Assembly: GCA_965216465.1 (NCBI GenBank) | Contig: CBDCFW010000006.1 | Coordinates: 928,001-992,000, forward strand | Length of the DNA: 64,000 nt | Reading direction: 5' to 3' | From: Bacteroidia bacterium | Lineage (GTDB): Bacteria; Bacteroidota; Bacteroidia; NS11-12g; UBA9320 | Part shown: piece by piece, positions 1 to 10,630 of the stretch | Numbering within the stretch: position 1 is the first letter of the stretch | How the letters are laid out: each line of letters opens with the position of its first letter | The notes under the pieces: model-generated | Told to the model about the DNA's origin: nothing | Databases searched by the model: none | The model's input: the letters and a program-made list of their open reading frames with translations, nothing else | Made by a program: the position numbers and the translations under genes

Positions 1-2
1 TA

Positions 3-611
3 ACGAATTACTTCCAAGAATCAAAGTATATGTGTTTTGATAAGCCTTTGCACCACATGGCTAAGAATTACTATTGTGCAGGCAAGGCCACTTGGTCAGA
101 TACAGCACACATCAACAAAATGTGTAATGAAAGTGCTAAAATGGAACCTACACTTTGTGGTATTGTAGCCCCAGACATGAATATGCCTGACAGTACTTTT
201 ACCAAAAGAATACGCATGTCGCAAATTTCAACCCCAGTTACGGTGGTAATTCTTTGGGATATTGATTGTGGGCATTGTAAAAAAGAAATGCCTATTGTTA
301 AGCAGTACTACGATAGTGCAAACAAAGAGCACGTTGAAATTTACGCTGTTTATACCCAAGGAAACTGGGAAGGATGGAAGAAACGAATTCGTGAAGACGA
401 CTTTAAGTTTATTAATGTAGCCAATGCATTCGGCGAAGACGATTTCAGAAAAGACTACAACTTGAGAAGTACTCCGCAGATTTATGTTCTTGATAAGGAC
501 AAAGTGATTAAGTTCAAAAAGATTGGAGCTAAAGACATCAAGAGTACCGTTCAATACCTTCTAGAGGAGCAAGGAATAGTTGAAAAGCAAGAGGAAGAAA
601 GCACTCCGTAG
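3..611 (+). CDS. TlpA/redoxin-family thioredoxin-fold protein (5' partial)
   Basis: Frame open from the window start; WDIDCGHCKKEMP CxxC motif and TPQIYVLDKD cis-Pro loop. Confidence 0.75.
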   Translation, partial: TNYFQESKYMCFDKPLHHMAKNYYCAGKATWSDTAHINKMCNESAKMEPTLCGIVAPDMNMPDSTFTKRIRMSQISTPVTVVILWDIDCGHCKKEMPIVKQYYDSANKEHVEIYAVYTQGNWEGWKKRIREDDFKFINVANAFGEDDFRKDYNLRSTPQIYVLDKDKVIKFKKIGAKDIKSTVQYLLEEQGIVEKQEEESTP

Positions 612-618
612 ATAGCAT

Positions 619-1251
619 TTACTTGTCCGTTATATCACGATAAAGTTCACCAACGAGTACAGCCAATCCCAGGTTGTAATACGGTGAGCTAAGTTTAGAG
701 ACTTCACCATTTCCTAACGAAATCCGGTATCCTACTCCACCTTTTAGGCCAAGCCAATTTAAAATTTCAAAGTAGGCGTTGGTCCCAAATTCAACAGGAA
801 TAACTAGATTATTGGTTTGTTTTAGCAATCTGTTGTCTCCAACATAATCGAGATAAACTCCTCCAAAACCTGCTTGAACAGGAAGGCTTAAACTCAGTCG
901 ATTGCGATTAAAGTAAGTGTATTCCATTGCGAAGCTTAAGTTGTTTGTACTCAAACTTCGGTATACCGTGTCAATGTTAAATTCAGGATCATTGATTAGT
1001 ACTGTTCTGTTTTGTCCTCCAAATCCATAGAGCCCGAGATAGATTTTAACTTTTCGATTATAATCTAATCCCCCAACAATTCCATATAATTTAGTTTGGT
1101 CTGAGCGTATAAAGGTATTTCGATTGTGAAAGCCTACAAACACACGTGGCTTACTCTGCATCGCAAGATTAATGGAGTCTTTAAGATTAAAATCTTGTGC
1201 CTTGGAGGCAAATGCTAAGCAGAACAATAAGAGTATAGAAAATCCTCTCAC
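619..1251 (-). CDS. Hypothetical secreted/outer-membrane beta-barrel-like protein
   Basis: Signal peptide; alternating beta-strand pattern. Confidence 0.5.
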   Translation of the reverse strand: MRGFSILLLFCLAFASKAQDFNLKDSINLAMQSKPRVFVGFHNRNTFIRSDQTKLYGIVGGLDYNRKVKIYLGLYGFGGQNRTVLINDPEFNIDTVYRSLSTNNLSFAMEYTYFNRNRLSLSLPVQAGFGGVYLDYVGDNRLLKQTNNLVIPVEFGTNAYFEILNWLGLKGGVGYRISLGNGEVSKLSSPYYNLGLAVLVGELYRDITDK

Positions 1252-1295
1252 AACTCAGCAAAGGAATAGTAACAAAGTGAAGAGCAATAATTTAG

Positions 1296-1877
1296 TTATC
1301 CAACAAATAACAATTTGGCATTACTACTGAACAGTTTCACGGCAATGGCCAATAGAATAATTCCGAATACTTTCTTTAAAACGCGGTTTCCTACGGGCCC
1401 TAATATGCGTTCTATAAAGTTAAGCGAGCGTAGCACAGCATAGATAACAATCATGTTCAATACAATGGCAATTACAATGTTTAAAGAGTTGTATTCAGCT
1501 CGAATTGAAAGAATCGTTGTTAATGAACCAGCACCCGCCAATAATGGAAATGCTAAAGGAACTATTGATGCGGTTGCGGTGTCGGCATCATCGTCTTTGA
1601 AAATGGTGATACCAAGCAGCATTTCAAATGCAATAAAGGCCATTAAAATGCTACCCGCAACGGCAAATGCTTTGATGTCAACACCAATTACTCTTAGCAT
1701 GCTTTCTCCTAGAAAGAGAAAAGAAATCATAATAACGCCAGTAACTACCGTTGCTAGAACTGGGCGAATATGGCCTACTTTTTCCTTGATAGAAATAATC
1801 AACGGTACAGCACCGATGATATCGATTACAGCGAATAATACCAAGAAGGCTGAAAATATTTGACTGAAGTCGAGCAT
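1296..1877 (-). CDS. MarC-family integral membrane protein
   Basis: LFAVIDIIG, IVPLAFPLLAGAGS and FGIILLAIAV motifs. Confidence 0.9.
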   Translation of the reverse strand: MLDFSQIFSAFLVLFAVIDIIGAVPLIISIKEKVGHIRPVLATVVTGVIMISFLFLGESMLRVIGVDIKAFAVAGSILMAFIAFEMLLGITIFKDDDADTATASIVPLAFPLLAGAGSLTTILSIRAEYNSLNIVIAIVLNMIVIYAVLRSLNFIERILGPVGNRVLKKVFGIILLAIAVKLFSSNAKLLFVG

Positions 1878-1911
1878 CTTTTTTTGTGCAAAGGTGCTCT
1901 TAAATTTTGGT

Positions 1912-2400
1912 TTATGCTACTGGTTTAAATCCTTCGAAAGCTTGCTTACAATTGTTGCAGTAATGAAGACTCCTACAAAGCGTAGGTCCAAACGGACTTT
2001 TGAGCGTGGTATCTTCACTATCGCAATAGGGGCATTTTGTGCTTTCCAAAAGCTCCATAGTAATGCTGGAGCAATTGCGTTTTGGAGGAGCTAAACCGTG
2101 TTTCTTAATGGCCTCATGACCTTCTGGAGTAATTAAATCAGTAGTCCATGTAGTTTCGAAACTGGTCTCTACAGTTACTTCATCTATTTCAGTTACAGTA
2201 TTAAGATGATTAACCACCATGTCTTCCATCAGTTTTAAGGCTGGGCAGCCTGCAAATGTTGGAGTAAGTGTTACATGAACTTTATTATTTTCTAATATAT
2301 CAATGCCTGTAACGATACCTAAATCAACAATTGATATTGTCGGGATTTCCGGATCTTTTACGTTTTTTAATTCTGTTCTTACTTCTTCTGCGGTTAACAT
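1912..2400 (-). CDS. paaD: Phenylacetyl-CoA epoxidase subunit D (PaaD/PaaJ, Fe-S maturation)
   Basis: VKDPEIPTISIVDLG, TPTFAGCPA, CPYC...FGPTLCRSLHYCNNC...FEGFK; start trimmed to ATG 2400. Confidence 0.9.
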   Translation of the reverse strand: MLTAEEVRTELKNVKDPEIPTISIVDLGIVTGIDILENNKVHVTLTPTFAGCPALKLMEDMVVNHLNTVTEIDEVTVETSFETTWTTDLITPEGHEAIKKHGLAPPKRNCSSITMELLESTKCPYCDSEDTTLKSPFGPTLCRSLHYCNNCKQAFEGFKPVA

Positions 2401-2402
2401 AT

Positions 2403-3581
2403 TTAAAAAGGGTCTGACCACTTGGCGTTGGTGTACATATCGCTCCCACTTAGTGTGGTTATGAATTGTACTAACGCCGAAATTTCGTCTTGAGTTAAAT
2501 TTAAATCTTGCGGAATATTATTTGGTCTTAAACGGGGATCAAGACCTTGTGAAATTCTTGGGATGTTATTATAGTGAGCAACTACTCCTCGTATAGCTCC
2601 AAAGCCACCGGTGTGCATCAATGGACCATTAAGCGAGCCATCGGCACGAACCACATCACGCAATGATGGTGATCGGGTTACATCGAAATCTGGACCTCCA
2701 TTTATACTTCCAATTACACCATTATGTCCGGAGTTTGGATCAATATCAAATTCTGGTGGACGGTGACAACCTGCACAGCCAAGTCCACCTCCAGTTCGAA
2801 CACCATCTTGATCAAACTGTGGACGACCAATGAACAACATTTTACCGGTATTCTCCGTCTGTGTAAAGTTCTGAAAAGGTGCAGCAATATTTGGAGCAGA
2901 GGCCATTCCAACATCAAATTTTGAATCAAATGATTGAATGCTTCTTATGAATTGAGATAAGGCTAATTGCATCTTACTTTCAGATATCTCTTCATTGCCA
3001 AAGGCAAGAGTAAATAATTCTTTGTAGTAGTCCAGGCCTGCAAGTTTATCAATGAGGTCTTCAATATCTGGATCGCCATTCTCTCCACTAAAACCCATTT
3101 CAGCGTGATCCTGAATAGGCATGGTGGTCTGTTCTTCAAGGGTGTTTGCACGTTCATCCCAAAAGAATCTAGTTTCTTCTGAAAAACGGGCATTTACCAA
3201 ACGCATAGAGTGTCTGCCTGTCGTTCCATTAACTCCTACACTTGCTCGAGCAGTATCACTGAAGGCAAATTGTTGCTGATGACAGCTAGCGCATGCAATG
3301 GTATTGTCTACTGATAATGCTTTATCGTAGAAAAGTACTCTTCCTAGAATTGCACCTTCATTCGAGATAGAATTAAAGGTGACGTTGTCTCTGTTTATAT
3401 AATTAGGTATGCTTTGATCAGCATAGTTAGGGAGGTTATCTACATCAAATGCAGAACCGAACATAGCTCGAATAGCAGGGTATGTTTCAGTATCTCCAAC
3501 AGGAGGGTCAACCTCTTTACAAGAGAAAACTACGACCGAAATAACGGCCAAAATCGGAAGGAATACTTTTAATCGTGTCAT
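2403..3581 (-). CDS. Di-haem cytochrome c peroxidase/MauG-family lipoprotein
   Basis: Lipobox FSC; LGRVLFYDKALS; CASCH and CAGCH haem motifs; FFWDERA; PSLR..PLMHTG. Confidence 0.85.
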   Translation of the reverse strand: MTRLKVFLPILAVISVVVFSCKEVDPPVGDTETYPAIRAMFGSAFDVDNLPNYADQSIPNYINRDNVTFNSISNEGAILGRVLFYDKALSVDNTIACASCHQQQFAFSDTARASVGVNGTTGRHSMRLVNARFSEETRFFWDERANTLEEQTTMPIQDHAEMGFSGENGDPDIEDLIDKLAGLDYYKELFTLAFGNEEISESKMQLALSQFIRSIQSFDSKFDVGMASAPNIAAPFQNFTQTENTGKMLFIGRPQFDQDGVRTGGGLGCAGCHRPPEFDIDPNSGHNGVIGSINGGPDFDVTRSPSLRDVVRADGSLNGPLMHTGGFGAIRGVVAHYNNIPRISQGLDPRLRPNNIPQDLNLTQDEISALVQFITTLSGSDMYTNAKWSDPF

Positions 3582-3650
3582 AAGCGCTTTTCTAATTTGA
3601 CATTCAAAAGCACCATTTTATTTCATTGGGTTTTGAATTTGACACTCAGC

Positions 3651-4409
3651 TTACCAATCCGCATTCGGATCGATGGCATATACTTCGGTCATTTCGCTCA
3701 ACAATGGCTGTAAATGTTTGGTGTGTTCACCGTATCTGCCTCCACTGCAAGGGTCCCAGGTGGATTCATCAGGAACAACAAGACCTGATTTTTCCAAAAG
3801 AGGAATAACTGCATTTAGCCACTTCTCTTTCAAAGCTTTTTCACCTATAAATATTCCTTCTGAAATTAGAATATCTTCAGCAGGACCTTCTTCAAACATA
3901 CCTAGAGCAATGTTCCAATATTTGTCTACAACGGCCTGCATTCTTGCTTTGCTTTCTTTGTTGCCTGTAGCCAACTGATATACCCATGTGTTAGCATGCA
4001 TGGTGTGATATTTAATCTCTCCCTTAAACTTTTTAGCAACCATGGCCAAAGGTTCATATGAAGAACTTGCTAAAGCTTCGAAACGAAACAGTTCGGCAAA
4101 GTCGAAAAAGAAATGACGAATAAGACTAAAATCATACTCCCCAATAGGAAGTTCAACGAGGTGACAATTATGAAATTGAGGAGCGTTTCGGGTAAATGCA
4201 ACCGTATCCGCATCTGCTTCTCCCAATTGATTTAAGAGATTATACAAATGTTCGCTTTGACCAATTTTATCTTGAGCCATGCTCGAAAAGGCAATGTCCT
4301 CTTCTAATACAGGTCCAATTCCAGTCCATTCACTATTTCTGTGACCAATTATAAGTTGATCATCAGCCATTTTATAGAGTAGTTCTTTTAATGCTTCTAT
4401 ACTATTCAT
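3651..4409 (-). CDS. paaC: Phenylacetyl-CoA epoxidase subunit C
   Basis: MADDQLIIGHRNSEWTGIGPVLEEDIA, ELPIGEYD, GGRYGEHTKHL. Confidence 0.9.
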   Translation of the reverse strand: MNSIEALKELLYKMADDQLIIGHRNSEWTGIGPVLEEDIAFSSMAQDKIGQSEHLYNLLNQLGEADADTVAFTRNAPQFHNCHLVELPIGEYDFSLIRHFFFDFAELFRFEALASSSYEPLAMVAKKFKGEIKYHTMHANTWVYQLATGNKESKARMQAVVDKYWNIALGMFEEGPAEDILISEGIFIGEKALKEKWLNAVIPLLEKSGLVVPDESTWDPCSGGRYGEHTKHLQPLLSEMTEVYAIDPNADW

Positions 4410-4437
4410 TTTGTTCTATTTATTGATTTGAGAAAGC

Positions 4438-4839
4438 TTACTCATCGGTAGCTTTCATTCCTCTTTCTTTAAAATCTTTAATACGATCCATTACTTTATA
4501 CGCGGCTGGATCTCTGTAGTCTTTAGTTGGTGCAGTGGTGAAAATATCGTCATCCATGTACTCAGTAGCGGCCACACAATTACTAGGAACTACCCATAAG
4601 TTAGCTGTAACCTCTCTTCTGGCATACTGCTCTTTTGCATACAATAATGCCATATCTGCATTTGGAGCATGTACAATTCCGACATGTACATGTTGTGCAC
4701 CTCTTTTCTTTTGATGAAAAACTTCAAAGGTTTGAAATTGATCCATGGTTTGAAGTGGATCAATGTTTGAATAATCCAGTTTTGCTCGTGTAATTCTAGG
4801 GTCTAACGACTCTATTGTTTCATTACTTTGGTTGTCCAT
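4438..4839 (-). CDS. paaB: Phenylacetyl-CoA epoxidase subunit B
   Basis: FEVF..HVHVGIVHAPNADMAL..AKEQYARRE..LWVV; KDYR. Confidence 0.85.
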   Translation of the reverse strand: MDNQSNETIESLDPRITRAKLDYSNIDPLQTMDQFQTFEVFHQKKRGAQHVHVGIVHAPNADMALLYAKEQYARREVTANLWVVPSNCVAATEYMDDDIFTTAPTKDYRDPAAYKVMDRIKDFKERGMKATDE

Positions 4840-6191
4840 TGATTTGTTTTTGAAATAAATTTTAGATAATACATACCACTTGGATTGTGGCTTAAATCAA
4901 TTGCGTTTTGTCCCGCAAAAATTTCTTTTGTTGTTATATGTTGTCCTAAACTATTACTGATATATAAAGTCGCGTTTTCTTGAATTAGCACATGCACTTT
5001 ATCGGCAGCAGGATTAGGGTAAATATAGGTCTCAGCTAGCGGCTCTTCTACGTATACAGAATGAGGTTTTAGTACAAGTTCAAGTCCATCTAAATAAAGA
5101 GCAGTGTTTGCACCTTCAATTGAATCGGTAAATGAAGAGTATACTAAGATTGATGCACTGTCTGGGTCAACACTTGCCGAATAAGTTAAAGGCATGGTAA
5201 AGAAGGTCCAATCTTCGGCTTCAGGCAGGTAAATGTCGTTCGTCGATCTTGATTGTGTGCCCTTAAATGTTCTTACTCTAATTCTCGCTGTATCCTCACC
5301 ATCAGGATGATATTTGTAATATCCTTGTAGATATTTAAATGTATCTGCCATGGCGAAAATGGGTCTATTCCAATCTCCACTTTCTGAGCCGGTGTAGTGG
5401 TAGCTGTATCTTGCCCTACCACTATAGTAATTCATAAGTTTTAGTGCATTGTCTCCTATAAAAGCATCTTCGGTAATTCGTGCAGCCGTACGATTTGACG
5501 CTACAAATGAAGTGTATAGGTCATAATATAGTAGGTCAAATGTCTCCCAACCTGTTGGGTATTCTACACCAATATTCGTCCAATTTTCAAAATCAGCATT
5601 GGTAAATTCTCCTGTTCGTTCGCCAATTTTATCAAAATGAATATCGTCGAAAATTACATAGCCATCAGCGTCTACCTTAGAATCAGTGTAAGAATAAAGA
5701 TATAACCATACACTGTCAGGAGTTCGTGAACTGTACCAAGTAATTGGTATGCTATAGCGAACAAAGGTGTCTGCAGTGCTTCCTGAAAATCGAAAATCAA
5801 CTACACCTTTTGTAGCTCCATTTTCACGAAAAACAGCATAAATTCTGGCTTGGTCGCCGTCTGCAATATCGTGCTTGCTCCAGAAAACTAAACTGAGAGG
5901 ATCGCCATCATACGCAAAACCATTTAGTTGGTCAAGGTTGCTGTAGTCTATATTTCGAATGTAGCTCGTATAACCATTAGCTCCCTCTCTGTAAGTGTTA
6001 TCTAAACGAAGGGCATAATTACCAACTTTGGCATCGGTTGTACGAGTGACATTTCGAGTTGGTGAAAACCAGTTGTCTAGCTTGTAGTGATCTCTCATTT
6101 CCCAGCTTTCAAAACTCCCATTTGGAATATTCTGAGCAGGTAAGTCAAGTACTAAAAAAAGAACGATTAAGTATAGTACAAGTTTCTTCAT
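4812..6191 (-). CDS. T9SS-secreted protein with two carbohydrate-binding-like (NGSFESW-type) domains
   Basis: Signal peptide; two internal repeats (IPNGSFESW, NADFENW); C-terminal IYPNPA...GMY CTD. Confidence 0.7.
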   Translation of the reverse strand: MKKLVLYLIVLFLVLDLPAQNIPNGSFESWEMRDHYKLDNWFSPTRNVTRTTDAKVGNYALRLDNTYREGANGYTSYIRNIDYSNLDQLNGFAYDGDPLSLVFWSKHDIADGDQARIYAVFRENGATKGVVDFRFSGSTADTFVRYSIPITWYSSRTPDSVWLYLYSYTDSKVDADGYVIFDDIHFDKIGERTGEFTNADFENWTNIGVEYPTGWETFDLLYYDLYTSFVASNRTAARITEDAFIGDNALKLMNYYSGRARYSYHYTGSESGDWNRPIFAMADTFKYLQGYYKYHPDGEDTARIRVRTFKGTQSRSTNDIYLPEAEDWTFFTMPLTYSASVDPDSASILVYSSFTDSIEGANTALYLDGLELVLKPHSVYVEEPLAETYIYPNPAADKVHVLIQENATLYISNSLGQHITTKEIFAGQNAIDLSHNPSGMYYLKFISKTNQWTTKVMKQ

Positions 6192-7570
6192 AATTTGATG
6201 AATTTAGTAGTTATTAGAGCACCATTCACGGTATAGCGAAGGTGGTAAGTTCCGGGGTTCAACATAGATACATCTATGTTCTTTGTGTCAAATTTCAAGA
6301 CCTCCTGACCCAACATATTAGCTATAGAGCCTTTCATGGGTTCATTTGTTATAATATGAAGCCTATCGCGTACTGGGTTTGGATAGAATTTGGCATCTAC
6401 TATGGTGGTAGGAATTGAAGCTACACCATCTGAAAAAGATAATCGGTCAACCCAAAGTTTGGTGTTTTCTCCTTTTGGATTTTCAAAATCTGCACAACCA
6501 ATTATGATTACAGCACTGTCTGGTGAAATGGAAGGCACTCCATACACAATTTGTGAAGAGAAATAGGTTAGATTCTCTTGGTCTTCAGTAATGTTAAACT
6601 GGGCTGATCCAATAGGTGAGCCTTGATAATAGAGGATAGCGTAGATAACACCAGCATCGTTATTATCGCTTTGATACTTATAATATCCCTGTAAATAAGA
6701 CCATCTTTTTGAAACGGCGAAAGTAGGAGGGAAGGTCATATCAAACGTGTCTCCTGTAACGGCAAATCCAGGAACCAGATCGTTGCCTGCATAAACATTT
6801 TGCACCAACATTCCGATGCCATGATGAGACTCGTCAGTTTGCACAACAGCCTCATTATTTGAATTATCTCCAAAGAGATCAATGCCAATTAGATTAGTTG
6901 TATACCAATCATTTGGATAGGGAATACGAGTGGTATCTACAGTCTCAAAGTCATTGTTCAAGAGTTGTTGATGTGGATTTCCAAAAGACTCCATTACTAT
7001 GTTGTCAATTATTACATAGCCATCTCCATCGATTACTTGATCTGTAAAGTCTTTAGAAGAAACTACAAAAATGATAGAGTCTGGATACAAGTTAACACTC
7101 CATTGAATCGGATACTTGAATGTGGTAAATGTGTCTCCACTGTTTCCTGTCAGATTAAAATCAATAGTACCCACAGGTGCTCCGGAAGACTTAAAAATTG
7201 CGAGTACTTTTCCCGTGTCGCCATCTGCCAAGTCGTATTTTGCACTGAACCGACAGGTAAGTGGAAAATCTTCATAGGGTTCACCCAATAGTTGGCCAGT
7301 GAGCAAGGTATTTGTAACGTAACCAAATCCTCCATTTTTATTTTCAAGAAGAACAGCTGTTCCACCTGAGCTGGCATCTGAAGTATAGGTTGCAAAGCCT
7401 TCTAACATCCAATTTACAGGCTCATACAATTCTCTGTCACTCCAATTCTCAAACTCATAATTCGGGATTTGAGCAACGCTAAAAAGTATACAGCACAGAA
7501 ATGTAGATATTAGAAAAAATCGCATAGTGGTAGTTTTGTATTTACCAAATTTAAGCAAAAGGACGCACAT
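6188..7570 (-). CDS. T9SS-secreted protein, paralog of 4812..6191 (true start probably MRFFLIS at 7525)
   Basis: [14 protein letters not shown] repeats; YLQGYYKY shared with the neighbour; FYPNP...KFIK CTD. Confidence 0.7.
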   Translation of the reverse strand: MCVLLLKFGKYKTTTMRFFLISTFLCCILFSVAQIPNYEFENWSDRELYEPVNWMLEGFATYTSDASSGGTAVLLENKNGGFGYVTNTLLTGQLLGEPYEDFPLTCRFSAKYDLADGDTGKVLAIFKSSGAPVGTIDFNLTGNSGDTFTTFKYPIQWSVNLYPDSIIFVVSSKDFTDQVIDGDGYVIIDNIVMESFGNPHQQLLNNDFETVDTTRIPYPNDWYTTNLIGIDLFGDNSNNEAVVQTDESHHGIGMLVQNVYAGNDLVPGFAVTGDTFDMTFPPTFAVSKRWSYLQGYYKYQSDNNDAGVIYAILYYQGSPIGSAQFNITEDQENLTYFSSQIVYGVPSISPDSAVIIIGCADFENPKGENTKLWVDRLSFSDGVASIPTTIVDAKFYPNPVRDRLHIITNEPMKGSIANMLGQEVLKFDTKNIDVSMLNPGTYHLRYTVNGALITTKFIKL

Positions 7571-8534
7571 ATTCGGCTTTTTCGCCCAATATTGCTCTTC
7601 TTACCCATCGTCCTTTTTCTTCTGCAAAACGTCTAACCGCCAGTCTTTCTGCATTACAAGGACCATCTCCATTAATTACTCGTTTAAACTCATCCCAGTC
7701 AGGTTCGGTGAATTCCCACTGGTTGGTTTCTGGGTTCTTTTTAAGATTTGGATCAGGAATTACTAGACCTAAATCCCAAATTTTTGGAACGTACATATCC
7801 AAATACGTTTGACGCATCTGGTCATTTGTAGCCATCTTTACTTTCCACTTCATCAGTGTTTCTGTATGTACTGATATTTTGTCTGATGGGCCAAAGAAGT
7901 GCATAATTGGTGGCCACCAACGTGTAAGGGCATCCTGAACCATTTGACGCTGCTTCTTAGTACCGGTAGCTAAGTGCACTACATTGTCATGGCCATATTT
8001 TAGGTGGAAAGACTCTTCGTAGCAAATACGCTCCAGTGCTCTGCAATAAGGGCCATATGAACCTTTACTATTTGCCAATTGGTTTACGATTGCACCTGCA
8101 TCAATTAACCATGCAATAATTGCACTGTCTGCCCAAGTAAGAGCAGGGTAGTTAAATACATTCGAATATTTTGATTTACCGGTAATCAGGTCGTTAATCA
8201 TGGCTTCTCTGCTTTTTCCAAGTGTTTCAGCAGCAGAATAAAGAAGCTGTGCATGACCTACTTCGTCTTGAACCTTAGCCATCAAAGCAAGCTTTCTTCT
8301 AAATCCAGGAGCTCTGGTAATCCAGGTTCCTTCAGGTAATGCACCAATAATTTCAGAATGGGCATGTTGCTCAATCATTCTGATAAGTTGTTTGCGATAC
8401 ATTGAAGGCATCCAGTCTTGAGGCTCTATTTTTTCACCTCTATCAATTCTTGCTTGAAATTGTTCCAATAACTCAGGAGTTTCTTCCTCAGCGTAAAATT
8501 TTTCGTTAGGGTCTATATATGCGTTTCCGTACAT
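7551..8534 (-). CDS. paaA: Phenylacetyl-CoA epoxidase subunit A
   Basis: [50 protein letters not shown]. Confidence 0.95.
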   Translation of the reverse strand: MYGNAYIDPNEKFYAEEETPELLEQFQARIDRGEKIEPQDWMPSMYRKQLIRMIEQHAHSEIIGALPEGTWITRAPGFRRKLALMAKVQDEVGHAQLLYSAAETLGKSREAMINDLITGKSKYSNVFNYPALTWADSAIIAWLIDAGAIVNQLANSKGSYGPYCRALERICYEESFHLKYGHDNVVHLATGTKKQRQMVQDALTRWWPPIMHFFGPSDKISVHTETLMKWKVKMATNDQMRQTYLDMYVPKIWDLGLVIPDPNLKKNPETNQWEFTEPDWDEFKRVINGDGPCNAERLAVRRFAEEKGRWVRRAILGEKAEYVRPFA

Positions 8535-8548
8535 GTTAATGTGTTCTT

Positions 8549-9121
8549 TTAAATGTTATTTTTTAATCCTGTAAGTATAAAGTCGCTGAGTTTTTCAGCA
8601 ATTTCGTTAGCGTTTAGATTTCCATTTGGGTTATACCATTCAACAATCCAGTTTACACTCGATAAAATGGTTAAAGCAGCAAACTTCTTATCGGCTTCGT
8701 TAAATAAGCCTTCGTCAATTCCGTTTTGAATAATTTCTTTTATACCTTCTTCATAAATGTTTCTTTTTTCAATGAAACGATCCAATGAATCAGGACTAAG
8801 ATTTCTCCAGTCTCGGATAAAAATGATGGCTGCATCAAGATTTTCTGTAAGAATTTCAACATGAAATTTAATGGCCATTCGTAATTTTTCTTCTGCATTG
8901 AAGTATATATCGTTTACTTCTTGAATTGCCAATTCAAATTTTTCAGCCATTTCGAAGCAGGTAATTCTTAAGATGTCTTCTTTGCTATCGAAGTGACTAT
9001 ATAAGCTGGCTGGCTCCATGTCTAAAGCCTTGGCAATATCGCGAACAGAAGTGGCAGCATAACCCTTGTCTTTTACAACTCGTTGGGCACTGCTAATGAT
9101 TTCCTTTTTGCGTTCTGTCAT
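8549..9121 (-). CDS. TetR-family regulator (PaaR-like)
   Basis: TetR HTH ([20 protein letters not shown]); heads the paa cluster. Confidence 0.85.
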   Translation of the reverse strand: MTERKKEIISSAQRVVKDKGYAATSVRDIAKALDMEPASLYSHFDSKEDILRITCFEMAEKFELAIQEVNDIYFNAEEKLRMAIKFHVEILTENLDAAIIFIRDWRNLSPDSLDRFIEKRNIYEEGIKEIIQNGIDEGLFNEADKKFAALTILSSVNWIVEWYNPNGNLNANEIAEKLSDFILTGLKNNI

Positions 9122-9130
9122 GGTTGCAAA

Positions 9131-9144
9131 CTAACGTTCGTTAG
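9131..9144. promoter_or_regulatory. Palindromic operator CTAACG-TT-CGTTAG (PaaR-like box)
   Basis: Perfect 6-bp arms ~10 bp upstream of the TetR start; fits the CNAACGNNCGTTNG consensus I recall for Thermus PaaR. Confidence 0.65.
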
Positions 9145-9152
9145 GCAAATAT

Positions 9153-9737
9153 ATGTTTTCACATTTTGAATACAAAATGATATACTTGCGAGCACAAATT
9201 ATGAAATCTAAATCATACTCAATAAAAGACAAAACGTATAGTTTTACCCTTGGCACTTACTTTCAAATGCCTTTTAAAATAATAGCAGGGGTGATGGTTC
9301 TGGGTGGAGCCGGAAGTTTATCGCAAGGGTTTGGTATAACTCCGATAGTATTTATGGTGCTTGGGTTATTTATTCTTGTAGCCAAAACGGGCATACAAGT
9401 TAATTTCACCATAGGAAATTACCGTGAAGGATTATCCCTTTTTGGTACACAGTTTGGAAGCTGGAGTGCTTTGCCAGTTATTGATTATGTATCTATCTTT
9501 CCAACTCAATTAGGTCAAAACGTACATGGTTTTGTTCCTTCAAACCACAAAAAGTTAATGTATAAGGATGTTCGTATAAATCTAATTTATAATAGAGCAA
9601 AGCGAATGCATGTGTTTACTTCTGATCATCGAGAATTGTACTATGAAGTTGCCATGCTCTTTGGTGAACACCTCAATGTTGGAGTATATGACTGTACAGG
9701 TGCCGAAAACGAGTGGATTAAACCTGATAATCGTTAA
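9153..9737 (+). CDS. Hypothetical membrane protein
   Basis: Two hydrophobic segments; start uncertain. Confidence 0.5.
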   Translation: MFSHFEYKMIYLRAQIMKSKSYSIKDKTYSFTLGTYFQMPFKIIAGVMVLGGAGSLSQGFGITPIVFMVLGLFILVAKTGIQVNFTIGNYREGLSLFGTQFGSWSALPVIDYVSIFPTQLGQNVHGFVPSNHKKLMYKDVRINLIYNRAKRMHVFTSDHRELYYEVAMLFGEHLNVGVYDCTGAENEWIKPDNR

Positions 9738-9745
9738 TTTGCTCC

Positions 9746-10630
9746 GTGAAATTTGGCAAAGTAGATAGTGTTGAAGGTCTAGATCTGAGCTTACCTGATG
9801 ATCATCCAGAGACTTCAAAGATTCTTGCACAAGGACGTGGCCAAGGTCGTCCTAAGTTGTTCGTTGGCACGCCCAAATGGGCAAGAGCAGACTTAAAAGG
9901 ATTTTACCCCCGTGGCACAAAGGATGAATTGGCTTACTATTCGACTCAATTCAACGCTATCGAATTAAATGCATTTTATTATCGAATTTTTCCTTCGTCG
10001 GTAGTGCAGAAGTGGTACGATCGCTCTGATCCAAACTTCACCTTCTGTCCTAAAATACCTCAATTGATTAGTCAATTTAGAAGACTAAAAAATTGCCAAG
10101 CTGAGCTTGACGATTACCTAGTTTCTATATCCAATTTTAAAGAAAAACTGGGGACATGCTTTTTGCAGATGAACGAAAATTTTTCGCCTAAAAATTTTAA
10201 TGACCTTGAGAACTTTCTAAGGCAATGGCCAAACGATTTGGCTCTCTCAGTTGAACTTCGACACGCAGATTGGTACGGAGATTCAAAAGTGTCAAATGAC
10301 TTGTTTCAATTGCTCGATGAATTAAAGATTACACAAACTATTACGGATACTGCAGGCCGTCGTGATTTGGTTCATATGCGACTCACAACACCAACTGCGT
10401 TTATTCGCTACACAGGTGCAAATCACGCATCTGACTTTACTCGAGTCGACGATTGGTTTGAAAGGCTTTCAACTTGGAAGGAACAAGGCATTGAAAAGAT
10501 ATATTTCTTTGTGCATCAAACCATTGAAAAGGAAATCCCACTTTTAACTGAACGTCTTATTCGAAAAATTAATGAACAATGGGACTACAATCACCCAATC
10601 CCGGGCAAAGCAGGTCAATTAGATCTCTAA
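9746..10630 (+). CDS. DUF72 family protein
   Basis: LKGFYPRGTKDELAYYSTQFNAIELNA, ITDTAGRRD. Confidence 0.85.
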   Translation: MKFGKVDSVEGLDLSLPDDHPETSKILAQGRGQGRPKLFVGTPKWARADLKGFYPRGTKDELAYYSTQFNAIELNAFYYRIFPSSVVQKWYDRSDPNFTFCPKIPQLISQFRRLKNCQAELDDYLVSISNFKEKLGTCFLQMNENFSPKNFNDLENFLRQWPNDLALSVELRHADWYGDSKVSNDLFQLLDELKITQTITDTAGRRDLVHMRLTTPTAFIRYTGANHASDFTRVDDWFERLSTWKEQGIEKIYFFVHQTIEKEIPLLTERLIRKINEQWDYNHPIPGKAGQLDL

